Shown here one piece after another: positions 26,925-36,754 of a stretch of DNA of 64,000 nucleotides. Source of the stretch: Candidatus Staskawiczbacteria bacterium RIFCSPHIGHO2_01_FULL_39_25 (lineage in GTDB: Bacteria; Patescibacteriota; Minisyncoccia; Minisyncoccales; Staskawiczbacteraceae); the NCBI GenBank assembly GCA_001820095.1, contig MHOO01000011.1, positions 199,227 to 263,226 of the forward strand, in the 5' to 3' direction. The notes under the pieces are model-generated. The model made no database searches, had not been told where the DNA came from, and worked only from the letters and a program-made list of their open reading frames with translations. The translations under genes were made by a program, and so were the position numbers. Within the stretch, counting starts at the first letter, position 1, and each line of letters opens with the position of its first letter.

Positions 26925-27425
26925 ATGGAATTATTACCCGTAAAACCATTTCAAGAAACTCTTTTTAAGAGTATGTGTGGGCCAGCAAGCCTCAAAATGG
27001 TTTTTGATTACTATGGAATTGAGAAAAGTGAAGAAGAAATTGCTAAACTGGCTGGAACCACCGAAGATTTGGGCACAGACGAGGAAGGCATTAAGAAAGC
27101 AGTCGAAAGTTTAGGATTTAAAATAGAAATCAAAAATAATTCTACTTTTGAAGATATAGAAGGCTTTTTGAATAAAAAAATACCAGTCATGGTAAACTGG
27201 TTTACCAGAGGCAGAATAGATTATGATGATTCCCAAGTCCCTGATGGTCATTATTCAGTTGTTGTGGGATTGGATGACGAATTTATTTACCTCCAAGATC
27301 CAGAGATAGGAAAGTTACGGAAAATTGAAAGAAGTGATTTTATGAAAGTTTGGTTTGATTTCAAAGGAGAATATATTAAGTCTAATGAACTCATAATCAG
27401 GCAGATTATTGCAATTTTTCAATAA
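26925..27425 (+). CDS. C39-like papain-fold cysteine peptidase domain protein
   Basis: catalytic Cys context SMCGPASLKMV and His context DGHYSVVVG. Confidence 0.65.
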   Translation: MELLPVKPFQETLFKSMCGPASLKMVFDYYGIEKSEEEIAKLAGTTEDLGTDEEGIKKAVESLGFKIEIKNNSTFEDIEGFLNKKIPVMVNWFTRGRIDYDDSQVPDGHYSVVVGLDDEFIYLQDPEIGKLRKIERSDFMKVWFDFKGEYIKSNELIIRQIIAIFQ

Positions 27426-27546
27426 ATAAGATAGACCATAGGCAGCCTTTTATCTTCAACCTAAACTTTTGGAAGGACGAGCGAAGCTAACCACTTCGCT
27501 TTTTATTTTGTGGTATAATAAAATAATTACTTAAATTTCATACATT

Positions 27547-28923
27547 ATGTTTGGATTTGGCCAGCGTAAAAAAATTACCGAAAAGCTTTACGAACAGAAT
27601 CTTGAGCTTGCGGTGAAAAATAAAACACTTTCCCTCCTTGAAAAGTTGTATCAAACGAGTGTTTTGACCCTGATGCCAGAAGAAATGGCAAGGGAAATAA
27701 CCGATACGATTCGCAAAGACTTGAATCTTGAGTTTGCGGGCGTGTTGATATTCAACAAAGAGTCTGATGCTTTAATACCTCTGGTTTTTTCTAAATCTGA
27801 AAGGCTCGTCAATACGTTGCAAAAGTTAGGCTTTCTTTTGCGGGATGTAACAATAACTAATATTTCAAAGCGGGATTTTTTTAAGCAAGTTGTATATGCT
27901 CAAAAAGAAAATATAACTGATAATATTGAAGAGGTCTGGGAGGAACTTGTAAAACAAGAACATTTACAAGAAATAAAGAAAGCGTCACATATTAAAACGG
28001 TATTGCTGTATCCGCTTATCAAAGGCAAAGAAGCGCTTGGGGTGTTAATATTGGGCCTTAACCGTGACTATCAGACGCTTAATACATTTGAAAAAGCCTC
28101 TATAAAAAGTTTTATCAATGTGATAGCCCTTTTGCTTGATAAGGCATACTTGTATAAAGACTTGCAGGATTCTTATGAAATAACCAAAAAGGCATACGCG
28201 GTTGAAAAACAAGCTAAAGAAGAATTAGAGCAATTAGATAAAATAAAAGACCAGTTTCTTGCCCAGACCCAGCATGATTTGCGTACGCCTCTGACTTCTA
28301 TTATGGGTTATAGTGATCTTCTTTTGGGGGGCACGTTTGGAAAATTGTCTAAAAAAACTACTGAAATAATACAAAAAATACAACTGTTGACGAATGGAAT
28401 GATTAAGAAAGCAAATAACTTTTTGGATTTAGCCCAATTCCAGCTTGGTAAATCTGCCGTTGAGTTGAAACCCGATGTACCGGTGTTGTCTATATTAGAA
28501 GAGATAAAAACCGAACTTGAATTTAAAGCCCAGTCAAAAGGAGTCTCTTTGGATTTAGAAAAGCCAAAACAGGAGCTTATGATCAACGCTGATAGGGAAA
28601 AATTAAAAGCTGCGCTGTTTAATATTGTTGATAACTCAATTAAATATACCCCAAAAGGAGGCGTGACAATAAAAATAGAAAATCACACGAGTGTTAAAAT
28701 TATTATTTCAGATACCGGCATTGGTATTTCTAGGGAAAGAGTTGGAACCATTTTTGAAACTATGTTTGACCGGTCTGAACAGGCTAAAAAAACGGCCACG
28801 GGCATTGGCGTAGGCTTATACCTTTCAACCCAAATTATCAAGGCGCACCAAGGCAAGGTTTGGGCGGAATCAGAAGGAGAGGGGAAGGGATCTACGTTTT
28901 ACATTGAATTACCTCTGGTCTAG
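27547..28923 (+). CDS. cytoplasmic sensor histidine kinase with GAF-like N-terminal domain
   Basis: H-box HDLRTPLTSIMGYSDLL, N-box NIVDNSIKYTP, G1 DTGIGI, G2 GIGVGLYL; no TM segment. Confidence 0.85.
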   Translation: MFGFGQRKKITEKLYEQNLELAVKNKTLSLLEKLYQTSVLTLMPEEMAREITDTIRKDLNLEFAGVLIFNKESDALIPLVFSKSERLVNTLQKLGFLLRDVTITNISKRDFFKQVVYAQKENITDNIEEVWEELVKQEHLQEIKKASHIKTVLLYPLIKGKEALGVLILGLNRDYQTLNTFEKASIKSFINVIALLLDKAYLYKDLQDSYEITKKAYAVEKQAKEELEQLDKIKDQFLAQTQHDLRTPLTSIMGYSDLLLGGTFGKLSKKTTEIIQKIQLLTNGMIKKANNFLDLAQFQLGKSAVELKPDVPVLSILEEIKTELEFKAQSKGVSLDLEKPKQELMINADREKLKAALFNIVDNSIKYTPKGGVTIKIENHTSVKIIISDTGIGISRERVGTIFETMFDRSEQAKKTATGIGVGLYLSTQIIKAHQGKVWAESEGEGKGSTFYIELPLV

Positions 28924-29043
28924 GGTATAGGCCGTCAATTTTTTTTTGGTGTGATTTATAGGATTGTCTTTTTGATAGTTTTTGGTATGGTCAGTTAAGC
29001 TAAAAATTAATTTGTAAAAATATGAGCGGATTTTCTAAAAATT

Positions 29044-30405
29044 ATGATAAGTAAAAAAAACTTTTTGTCATTCGCACATGTTAATCAAGAAGTCATAAAA
29101 GAGAAGTTGGCCTATACTGAAGTTTCTTTTGATTCTGATATTGGATGGTTAAAGTATTTTGTTTCCGAAACACCCAACGGGGTACTTTTCCAGAAAAATA
29201 TTCTCTATGATATTGTTTGTAGTCAAAAAGTTTATCTAGCTCACATCACCACAAATTTACCAGCTATTCAGGCAGAAGGAAGACTGTTATCGAGCAGTGG
29301 ATGTTTGGTTGGTAGTATTTATAGCACACCGGTAATTCAAGAGGGCGAGAATTTTAGATTACACAATCTAGGGGAATATATTCTTCTAAAAGAAGCTCCT
29401 GCTTTCAGTAAAAACAAAAATGTTTGCCCATTATTAGTTGAGCTAGAATTTTCACATCCAGCGATCCGTCCAGCAGTAGGCGTCGACTATCTTAAACTTG
29501 GCCAAGTTCACTTTGATATTTTCTCTGAGCTAAGCTACCTGCTATCTCATCATGAATTGGAAGAATTGAATCTATCAACCATAAATTCTATTCGTAAAAT
29601 CAGCAACTTACTAATAGTAGTCGGGAAGCACAGTCCTGAATCTATCTTGAAAAATTTCGGCAAATTTTATGAGTTATATTTGTGTGCCATAAGTGATTCG
29701 CCTATTCTCGGGTATATATTATTTGAGGTGTTGTGTGAATATATCGCCCTATTTCAAAGGGGAGAACGAGTAGAACGATATAAAGAAAAAGGCGAGCTTT
29801 ACTGTTCAAACTTCAAAAGCATGTTATTTGAAATCTGTCCCAATGTCACAACATCTTTTAATCTCGGCCTTTTTCGTCCAGAATTGAGTAGGATTAAAAG
29901 TTATATAGCCACAATGGCAATTTCTAGCAATGATAAACTATCCTTTGAACAATTTCTTGCCAAGCGCTTACATTATCTGATATCTGGACGTTTCTACCGT
30001 ACTGACAGCGATGAGAATTTAAAAAAATCTTTTTGGGAGAATATCGAATGGAATCTGCCATATTTACAACATCAACTTGCGCCGTTGCTCGGTCACACTA
30101 TCCACCGTTTTCTGAGAAATATGAAGCGATACCCCAACTTCTATTTTTATTTTGATCAATATAAAGCACTACAAGTATGGAACTATTGGAATCAAGCTTC
30201 AATAGCATTACCTTACAATGCCATATTACCAAAAGGAGAGATAGGTATTAATCCCGCAAATCCATATATGAAATATTCTGTCTATACAGCTAAATCTTAT
30301 CAAAAGGATGGTTTGACTTACTTAACAAAAGATAAAAAAATTCAAATAACCATTGAGCCTCGGCTGACCGAATTAAATATGTCGTCGATGAGAAAAAAGA
30401 TATGA
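29044..30405 (+). CDS. hypothetical protein (453 aa)
   Basis: first gene of four overlapping co-directional genes; no motif recognised. Confidence 0.55.
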   Translation: MISKKNFLSFAHVNQEVIKEKLAYTEVSFDSDIGWLKYFVSETPNGVLFQKNILYDIVCSQKVYLAHITTNLPAIQAEGRLLSSSGCLVGSIYSTPVIQEGENFRLHNLGEYILLKEAPAFSKNKNVCPLLVELEFSHPAIRPAVGVDYLKLGQVHFDIFSELSYLLSHHELEELNLSTINSIRKISNLLIVVGKHSPESILKNFGKFYELYLCAISDSPILGYILFEVLCEYIALFQRGERVERYKEKGELYCSNFKSMLFEICPNVTTSFNLGLFRPELSRIKSYIATMAISSNDKLSFEQFLAKRLHYLISGRFYRTDSDENLKKSFWENIEWNLPYLQHQLAPLLGHTIHRFLRNMKRYPNFYFYFDQYKALQVWNYWNQASIALPYNAILPKGEIGINPANPYMKYSVYTAKSYQKDGLTYLTKDKKIQITIEPRLTELNMSSMRKKI

Positions 30406-31163
30406 AAAAAAGACAAGCAGAACTTACATATCGTAAAGTAAAACAAATAGATAAATTCACGAAACAACTGTTGAAAAACAAACAACTCCAACCGGCGTTT
30501 TATATTACATTGCTACAATTACAAAAAGACACAAACGCGGCGCTGTCTTTCTGGAACAGTGTTCGGAATAACAAAACACAAAAAAACAAACCTGAGGTCG
30601 CCAGTAGTGATAAGCTACAGATTGGGGGCGGTAAACGTTATATGCACGGGTTTGTTAATCTTGATATATTTCCACCAGCAGATATTATCTGGGATTCTCG
30701 TTATGGTTTGCCGTTCCAAAAGGATACCTTTAGTTTTATTTTTTCTGAACATTTTCTTGAACATCTTGATTTCCCAATTTCTGTAAATTGTGTGCTGCAA
30801 GAAATCTACAGGATATTGAAACCAAGTGGGAAAGTAGTGATTGGGGTTCCCGATGGTGGGAAAGTGATTAAAGCATACGGTGAAAGAAATAAAAAATTTT
30901 TACACAAACTAAGACAACAAGCTTACAATAGACGCCAACTACCAATCGAAACCTATAGCGATATTGATTTGGTAAATTACCTCTTCCGCGATCAATTAGA
31001 AAACCCCAACTATACCATTCATTATTGGGCATACGATAAAAATTCTTTGGAGAATATTTTACGTTCTGTTGGTTTCAAAAAAGTGGAGAAATACCCCTTC
31101 AACCCTTTATATTGTAATCCAAAGAGAAAATTCTTTACCCTGTATCTACAAGCAGCCAAGTGA
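30402..31163 (+). CDS. class I SAM-dependent methyltransferase
   Basis: QIGGGKRYMHGFVNLD and ILKPSGKVVIGVPD; 4-nt overlap with upstream gene. Confidence 0.65.
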   Translation: MKKRQAELTYRKVKQIDKFTKQLLKNKQLQPAFYITLLQLQKDTNAALSFWNSVRNNKTQKNKPEVASSDKLQIGGGKRYMHGFVNLDIFPPADIIWDSRYGLPFQKDTFSFIFSEHFLEHLDFPISVNCVLQEIYRILKPSGKVVIGVPDGGKVIKAYGERNKKFLHKLRQQAYNRRQLPIETYSDIDLVNYLFRDQLENPNYTIHYWAYDKNSLENILRSVGFKKVEKYPFNPLYCNPKRKFFTLYLQAAK

Positions 31164-31164
31164 T

Positions 31165-31917
31165 ATGAATTTACGCGAACAATTATTAAACTCTCCAAAA
31201 CCACCTCATCAATTTCACGATGCGGATTCCATAGAATGGCTTTCGCTTAATCGCCCAGAGTTTCTTCCAAAAATATATAAACTTAAACAGTCTTTTGTTG
31301 AAATTGTTGAGAGAAAAAAACCATGGGAAAGATGCAATAATGATTGGTTTACAAATAAACTAATCAGAGATGGTATTCATGGGTTTCGCCATGTATGTCG
31401 AGTGGCTATTTATTCAATATCACTGGCCCTACAGGCAAGACCAGAGATATCTGAACAAGAAATAGAAGCCCTGATTTTTGCCGCATTATTACATGACTGT
31501 CGAAGAGTAAATGATAATGCCGACTTCCGACATGGAGTAAGAGCCAAAGAATGGCTCGGTAAAAACAATCATATTTTGCCAAAAAAACTACAGCCGTTAT
31601 ACAAAGCAATACATTTTGCTATAGCCGTTCATAATGATCAGTATGATCAAATAATTAGAAAGGTAAATTATCAAAAATTTAAATTTTTTGTAGACATTCT
31701 TAAAACCGCAGATGCTTTAGACAGGTATCGTTTTCCCAGGGAAGACTGGTGGTTAAAAAATGAATTTGTTGTTCTAATTCCCAACCAACAGAATATGGCT
31801 TTTGCGTATGATCTGGTCTTGGGGTGTGAGAGACTATTCTTACAGACGAAAGACAATCAAGGTTCGGTAGAAAGAGCTTGGAAAAAATTAAATCAGGATA
31901 ATTATGCGAACAGGTAA
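31165..31917 (+). CDS. HD-domain protein
   Basis: GFRHVCRV...AALLHDCRR metal-binding H...HD pattern; ATG 31165 two nt after upstream stop, in frame with ORF 31069. Confidence 0.6.
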   Translation: MNLREQLLNSPKPPHQFHDADSIEWLSLNRPEFLPKIYKLKQSFVEIVERKKPWERCNNDWFTNKLIRDGIHGFRHVCRVAIYSISLALQARPEISEQEIEALIFAALLHDCRRVNDNADFRHGVRAKEWLGKNNHILPKKLQPLYKAIHFAIAVHNDQYDQIIRKVNYQKFKFFVDILKTADALDRYRFPREDWWLKNEFVVLIPNQQNMAFAYDLVLGCERLFLQTKDNQGSVERAWKKLNQDNYANR

Positions 31918-32563
31918 TACAAGAAAAGAAATTTTCACCACTATCTATAAAACTCACCACTGGAAGTCTTCTGAGTCTGTGTCAGGACCGGGTTCAGAAT
32001 TGTGTCAAACCGAAAGTTTGCGTTATGCGCTTCCCATTATTTTTAAAAAATACAATATCAAGACAGTACTCGATATTCCGTGCGGTGATTTTAACTGGAT
32101 GCGATACGTAAATATGAGCTATCTCGACCGTTATGTGGGTGCTGATATAGTGAAAGATATTGTACAGGATAATTCTAAACTTTATACAAATCAAAAAGTA
32201 TCTTTTCAAAAAATTGATATCGTGGAAGATACGCTTCCAATGGTTGATCTTGTATTTACTCGAGATTGTTTTGTCCACTTATCCAATATTGAAGTTTTAG
32301 ATGCAATAAAGAACATTGCAAAAAGCAAATCGAAATACTTTTTATCAACTACATACCAAAATCATTCTAAAAACGAGGATACTTCTCAAGGAAAATGGAG
32401 GCCCATAAATCTTAATCGGACACCATTCAACCTACCACCATACATTGACTATATAGATACAGATTTTCAAGATAGCGGTAAAAATTATCCGGGTAATGGT
32501 TTGGGATTATGGCGTATAGAAAATTTGCTGTTCCTCAAAATTGACATTATGACGCCAAAATGA
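31904..32563 (+). CDS. class I SAM-dependent methyltransferase
   Basis: HWKSSESVSGPGSE...VLDIPCGDFNWM, a pattern seen in glycan-cluster methyltransferases; overlaps upstream gene by 14 nt. Confidence 0.6.
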   Translation: MRTGNTRKEIFTTIYKTHHWKSSESVSGPGSELCQTESLRYALPIIFKKYNIKTVLDIPCGDFNWMRYVNMSYLDRYVGADIVKDIVQDNSKLYTNQKVSFQKIDIVEDTLPMVDLVFTRDCFVHLSNIEVLDAIKNIAKSKSKYFLSTTYQNHSKNEDTSQGKWRPINLNRTPFNLPPYIDYIDTDFQDSGKNYPGNGLGLWRIENLLFLKIDIMTPK

Positions 32564-32612
32564 TAGCGTTAAAGTAGATCGTTCAAAATAAACCACAAAG
32601 TAAGGAGAATGT

Positions 32613-33164
32613 ATGAAAAAACAAATCGAAATTGAACATCGTGCGCGCTTCTCGAAAGAAGAGCGTGACCAGTTGCTATCTTTCCTACAAGAGAACGGCA
32701 AGGACATTGGGGAAGACGATAAGAACGTCTATTTCTTTACCCTTCCCGATAAGCTCTTGAAGGTAACGGATAATATCTCCAAAAACACCGCCAAAATCAC
32801 CGGTAAAATGGGTAGAATTGGTGAAGGCAGTGGATTCGAAGAGATAGAGTTTCCTATTGAGAGAACGGACGTGTTGAAGGCGGTCGAACTCTTTAAAAAG
32901 TTCGGTTTCACTAATGTACACGATTCGTTCCAAAGTCGTCATAATTTCGAGTACAAAGATGTAGAAATTGCCCTCAAGTACAGTGAAATGTGGGGGTATC
33001 ATGCTGAATTTGAGATCGTGATTGATGACGAAACGAAAAAGGGTGTAGCCGACCAAAAGATTATGAGTGTTGCCAAAGAACTTGGTGTGAGGCTCATGAC
33101 CGAAGAAGAACTCAAAGTGTTTATCCGGCAGAAGGAAATCGAGATTAAGTCTGCTCGTTCATAG
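32613..33164 (+). CDS. CYTH-domain protein (CyaB/ThTPase-like)
   Basis: N-terminal IEIEHRARF ExExK-type signature, 183 aa; intermediate GC. Confidence 0.55.
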   Translation: MKKQIEIEHRARFSKEERDQLLSFLQENGKDIGEDDKNVYFFTLPDKLLKVTDNISKNTAKITGKMGRIGEGSGFEEIEFPIERTDVLKAVELFKKFGFTNVHDSFQSRHNFEYKDVEIALKYSEMWGYHAEFEIVIDDETKKGVADQKIMSVAKELGVRLMTEEELKVFIRQKEIEIKSARS

Positions 33165-33269
33165 CCGCATCGTTTCGATTAAACAGAATGATGTGGCTTT
33201 TTTTTGCAAAGAAAAAGCCCTGTCCAGTTGCGATAACTAGACAGGGCCGTCGTCCAGATTAGACGATTG

Positions 33270-34196
33270 TTAGAGCTTGAGCGGCTGCAGCCGATCCCGC
33301 ACCACGTCCTGGTGAATAAGATCGGGAAGCGCCACTCCTTCGACGACCACGTTACGCGCCGCGCACTCTTCCATCGTATCCATCCGACACTTGTCGAAAA
33401 GGGCGATGGCCTCGCGACCGAATCGAATCGCCTGCTCGTCGTTGCCTGCCTGCTTGTGAAGCATGGCAAGGACATAAGCGTACTCGGCGGCGTTGCGAGG
33501 ATCCACTTCGTGTAACGAATTCAGGGTCTGTTCCAGAACTGTGTACTGCATGATGTCACCTCCTTTGGTTTGGTTCTCGGTGAATTCTCCGAGAACGAAA
33601 TGCATAAAATCATCCGTCCTCTGCCATACCACCAGTTCAGCGGGGCTGAACCAATTGGCAACTTCTTGCTCGGCTTCCTCGGTCGTGCCAGAGGCATGAA
33701 CAAGATTCTTGCAGGCGCTTCCCACCACGTTTGCCAAGTCTGGCGCGTTGATGGAAAAGTCTCCACGAATCGTACCCGGCCCTGCCTTGTATGGCAAGGT
33801 GTGTCCGATGAGCTTTCGTACCGTATCAACGGCATGAATGCCTTCGAGTACCATGACCATCACCGGACCGAGCGTCAAGTAGCGGTAGTTCCACTCCTTG
33901 ATTTTCTGCCCGATCTCGAGCGGGTCAGCTGTACCGAGAATCTCGACGGGATCAATCCTATACTCCTGATACGTCTCGAGAGTCTTCTCGCCCATTCCCC
34001 GAATCCAGTCTTCGGACTTGGGGAAATGACCGTCCAGCAGCTTTCTGGTCGGAAAGACCAACTTGCATGCCACGATCTTGAGACCGGCCTGCTCGAAGCG
34101 CTGACAGATAATCCCGATGAGACCCCGCATGACTGCGTCTGGCTTGATGAGTACTAACGTTTTTTCACCAAGCATTTGTTGCAGACGTTCGTGCAT
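33270..34196 (-). CDS. nucleoside diphosphate kinase-like protein with internal insertion and ~100-aa helical C-terminal extension
   Basis: LVLIKPDAVMRGLIGIICQRFEQAGLKIVACKL, GPGTIRGDFS, catalytic His context NLVHASGTTEEAEQEVANWF; GC-rich. Confidence 0.75.
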   Translation of the reverse strand: MHERLQQMLGEKTLVLIKPDAVMRGLIGIICQRFEQAGLKIVACKLVFPTRKLLDGHFPKSEDWIRGMGEKTLETYQEYRIDPVEILGTADPLEIGQKIKEWNYRYLTLGPVMVMVLEGIHAVDTVRKLIGHTLPYKAGPGTIRGDFSINAPDLANVVGSACKNLVHASGTTEEAEQEVANWFSPAELVVWQRTDDFMHFVLGEFTENQTKGGDIMQYTVLEQTLNSLHEVDPRNAAEYAYVLAMLHKQAGNDEQAIRFGREAIALFDKCRMDTMEECAARNVVVEGVALPDLIHQDVVRDRLQPLKL

Positions 34197-34538
34197 TTAA
34201 GACACTTCCTTTCCAAAAATGTTTTTGCTGAATTCTCTGTAAGCATAGATTGATCCTTCCAGAATTACCACAAGGTCAGCGATCTTTGCGACAGCTTGTT
34301 TTTCATCCCACGATACCCAGATCTACTGATAGTGTTGATCCTTCTAGACCACGAAGGAATAGACCGGATGGTTTGTTTTTCCGTCAACTGACAGAACGAA
34401 CGAGTGTCCGTTTTGCAGTTGAGCAACCAAATCCGTCCATGCCCTTCTTTGGTATTGGGCAAATTGCCGCAGGACAGAACTTTTTGTGCAATCCTCACGA
34501 ATAAAATCCTTTGTAAAAAGAACTAAGGGAGCTAGCAC
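34197..34538 (-). pseudogene. upstream ORF translationally coupled to the NDK-like gene, interrupted by two in-frame TAG codons
   Basis: one frame reads through to TAA-ATG junction with the NDK start; TAG at 34344-34346 and 34323-34325; no frameshift. Confidence 0.4.
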
Positions 34539-34562
34539 TATGCCAACTTTACCTTTGATGGT

Positions 34563-34591
34563 AGTATATACTAACAAGCTTTATTTGTCAA
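34563..34591 (-). promoter_or_regulatory. sigma70-like promoter for the 34538-33270 unit
   Basis: minus strand TTGACA, 17 nt spacer, TATACT. Confidence 0.5.
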
Positions 34592-34860
34592 ATCTTATGT
34601 ACATTCGTCAAGCGTTGTATACACCTTTTTCTTAAAAGCTCGTTCAAAACCTATAAAAAGCGTAACCAACCCGCTAGAAATGTACAAAAGTAATAAAAGC
34701 ATGCATCTAAAACAGAGAACAGAGTTTTACACAGCTCTGTTCTTTTTTGCTGTGTTGTTACGTAGTATAATAAATGAATAATCGGGTAGTCTCCCAATTT
34801 GGAGCTAGGCTTAGCCTAGCTCTAACCTAAGATAAGACCCTTATGTTTGCGCATATCTAA

Positions 34861-36660
34861 ATGAATATTGAACCTTTACGCCTTAAAAAATTTCTCTTAG
34901 ATGCAGAACTGATTACTGAAGAGGATTTTGACAGGGCGCTGGATATCAGCACGAAAAATGACCAAGAAATTGGCCAGGTTTTGGTGTCCGAAAAACTGAT
35001 TGACCAGGAACGGCTAACAAAATTTGAAGCTTACCTTTTAGGAATACCTTTTGTAAATATAGAAAAGGAAAGCATAGAACCAGGAGTGCTCAACCTTATT
35101 CCCAAGCAGGTAGCAAAATCCCATAATATTATTGCCTTTAGGAAACGGGATAACAATCTTGAGGTTGCCATGCTTGACCCGGAAGATTTGATTACCATAG
35201 AATTTATTAAAAAAACAAACCCGCTTTTAAAGATTTTGCCTAGGCTTACCACTCCTGACGGCATAAAAAATGCATTGCATCAGTACGAGGCTTCGTTGGA
35301 TATAGAGTTTGGAAATATGATAAAATTAGATGCAAAAGATTTACAGGATGAGAAAGGAAAAAAAGCTGAGCCGTTAACTAGGGGTATAAGGAACATTAAA
35401 GAAGATGCCGGAACGCCGGAAAAAAAGGAAGAATTAATAAAAATTGCCGAGGAGCTGCCGATTATCAATATTGTTGATACGCTGTTAAAGCACGCCATTT
35501 TGCAACGGGCGTCGGATGTCCATATTGAGCCGTTGGAAAAAGAAGTAGTAGCTAGATTCAGGATTGACGGCATCTTATATGATGTAATGACTTTGCCCGT
35601 CGCAACTTCTTTGGGCATTGTAGCAAGGATAAAAGTGCTTTCTAATTTAAAGCTTGATGAGCATAGGCTGCCCCAGGACGGCCGGTTTAAAATTGAAACT
35701 GATGAGTATAAATATTCAATTAGGGTATCGGTGCTGCCGGTATTTAATGGGGAAAAAATCGTCATGAGATTATTGGCTGAAAATGTAAAGACGCAAACTC
35801 TGGATGGTCTGGGTTTTGCGGGCCTGGCGCTTGAAAAAGTCCGCAATAATCTAGTCAAACCTACTGGTATGATATTAATTACCGGGCCTACGGGATCTGG
35901 AAAAACTACTACCCTATATGCCATGATGGAAATTCTCAATACCCCTAGCGTCAATATATCTACTGTTGAGGACCCCATTGAATATAGAATGCCTAGGATT
36001 AACCAAACCCAAGTTAACCCTGCCATAGGTCTGACATTTGCCAACGGATTGCGGGCTTTGGTGAGGCAGGACCCCAATATTATCATGGTTGGTGAAATCA
36101 GAGATAATGAAACGGCAGGTTTAGCTATTAATGCTTCTCTTACCGGTCATTTGGTGTTGTCCACGCTTCATACCACTGAAGCCGCAGGAGCCATTTCAAG
36201 GCTCATTGATATGAAGGTGGAGCCCTTTTTAATTTCTTCAACCTTGAATGTGGTGATAGCCCAAAGGCTGGTAAGAAAATTTGATGGCGATAAGGAAAGG
36301 TATAAACTAAAGCCGGCAGACTTGGAAAACTTGGCAAAATATTGCGATTTGGATAGAATCTTAAAAATATTGAAAGAAGAAAAATTATTAAAACCAAAAG
36401 CTACGCTAAAAGACATTGAACTCTATAGGCCTAGGCCGTCCAAAGATTCTGAAAGCGGCTATAGAGGCAGGGTGGGCATCGTAGAGGTGCTTGTAGTAAA
36501 TGATGCCATCAAAGAGCTTATTGTTAAAAAAACTTCTACCAAGGAAATTAAAATGCGGGCGATCCAAGATGGGATGCGAACTATGGTTGAAGACGGTTTT
36601 GTTAAAGCTGCGCAAGGGATAACTTCCATAGAAGAAGTTCTAAGAGTGATCGTAGACTAA
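34861..36660 (+). CDS. pilB: type IV pilus assembly ATPase PilB/GspE
   Basis: Walker A GPTGSGKTTT, Asp/His boxes, N-terminal GspE-N-like domain. Confidence 0.9.
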   Translation: MNIEPLRLKKFLLDAELITEEDFDRALDISTKNDQEIGQVLVSEKLIDQERLTKFEAYLLGIPFVNIEKESIEPGVLNLIPKQVAKSHNIIAFRKRDNNLEVAMLDPEDLITIEFIKKTNPLLKILPRLTTPDGIKNALHQYEASLDIEFGNMIKLDAKDLQDEKGKKAEPLTRGIRNIKEDAGTPEKKEELIKIAEELPIINIVDTLLKHAILQRASDVHIEPLEKEVVARFRIDGILYDVMTLPVATSLGIVARIKVLSNLKLDEHRLPQDGRFKIETDEYKYSIRVSVLPVFNGEKIVMRLLAENVKTQTLDGLGFAGLALEKVRNNLVKPTGMILITGPTGSGKTTTLYAMMEILNTPSVNISTVEDPIEYRMPRINQTQVNPAIGLTFANGLRALVRQDPNIIMVGEIRDNETAGLAINASLTGHLVLSTLHTTEAAGAISRLIDMKVEPFLISSTLNVVIAQRLVRKFDGDKERYKLKPADLENLAKYCDLDRILKILKEEKLLKPKATLKDIELYRPRPSKDSESGYRGRVGIVEVLVVNDAIKELIVKKTSTKEIKMRAIQDGMRTMVEDGFVKAAQGITSIEEVLRVIVD

Positions 36661-36754
36661 GCATTTGACCTTTGACATTTGACATTTGACTTTCGATTTT
36701 TAAAAGGTAAAATCGTGCGTCAATGGTCAATTGTTAATTGTCAATTGTCACATT

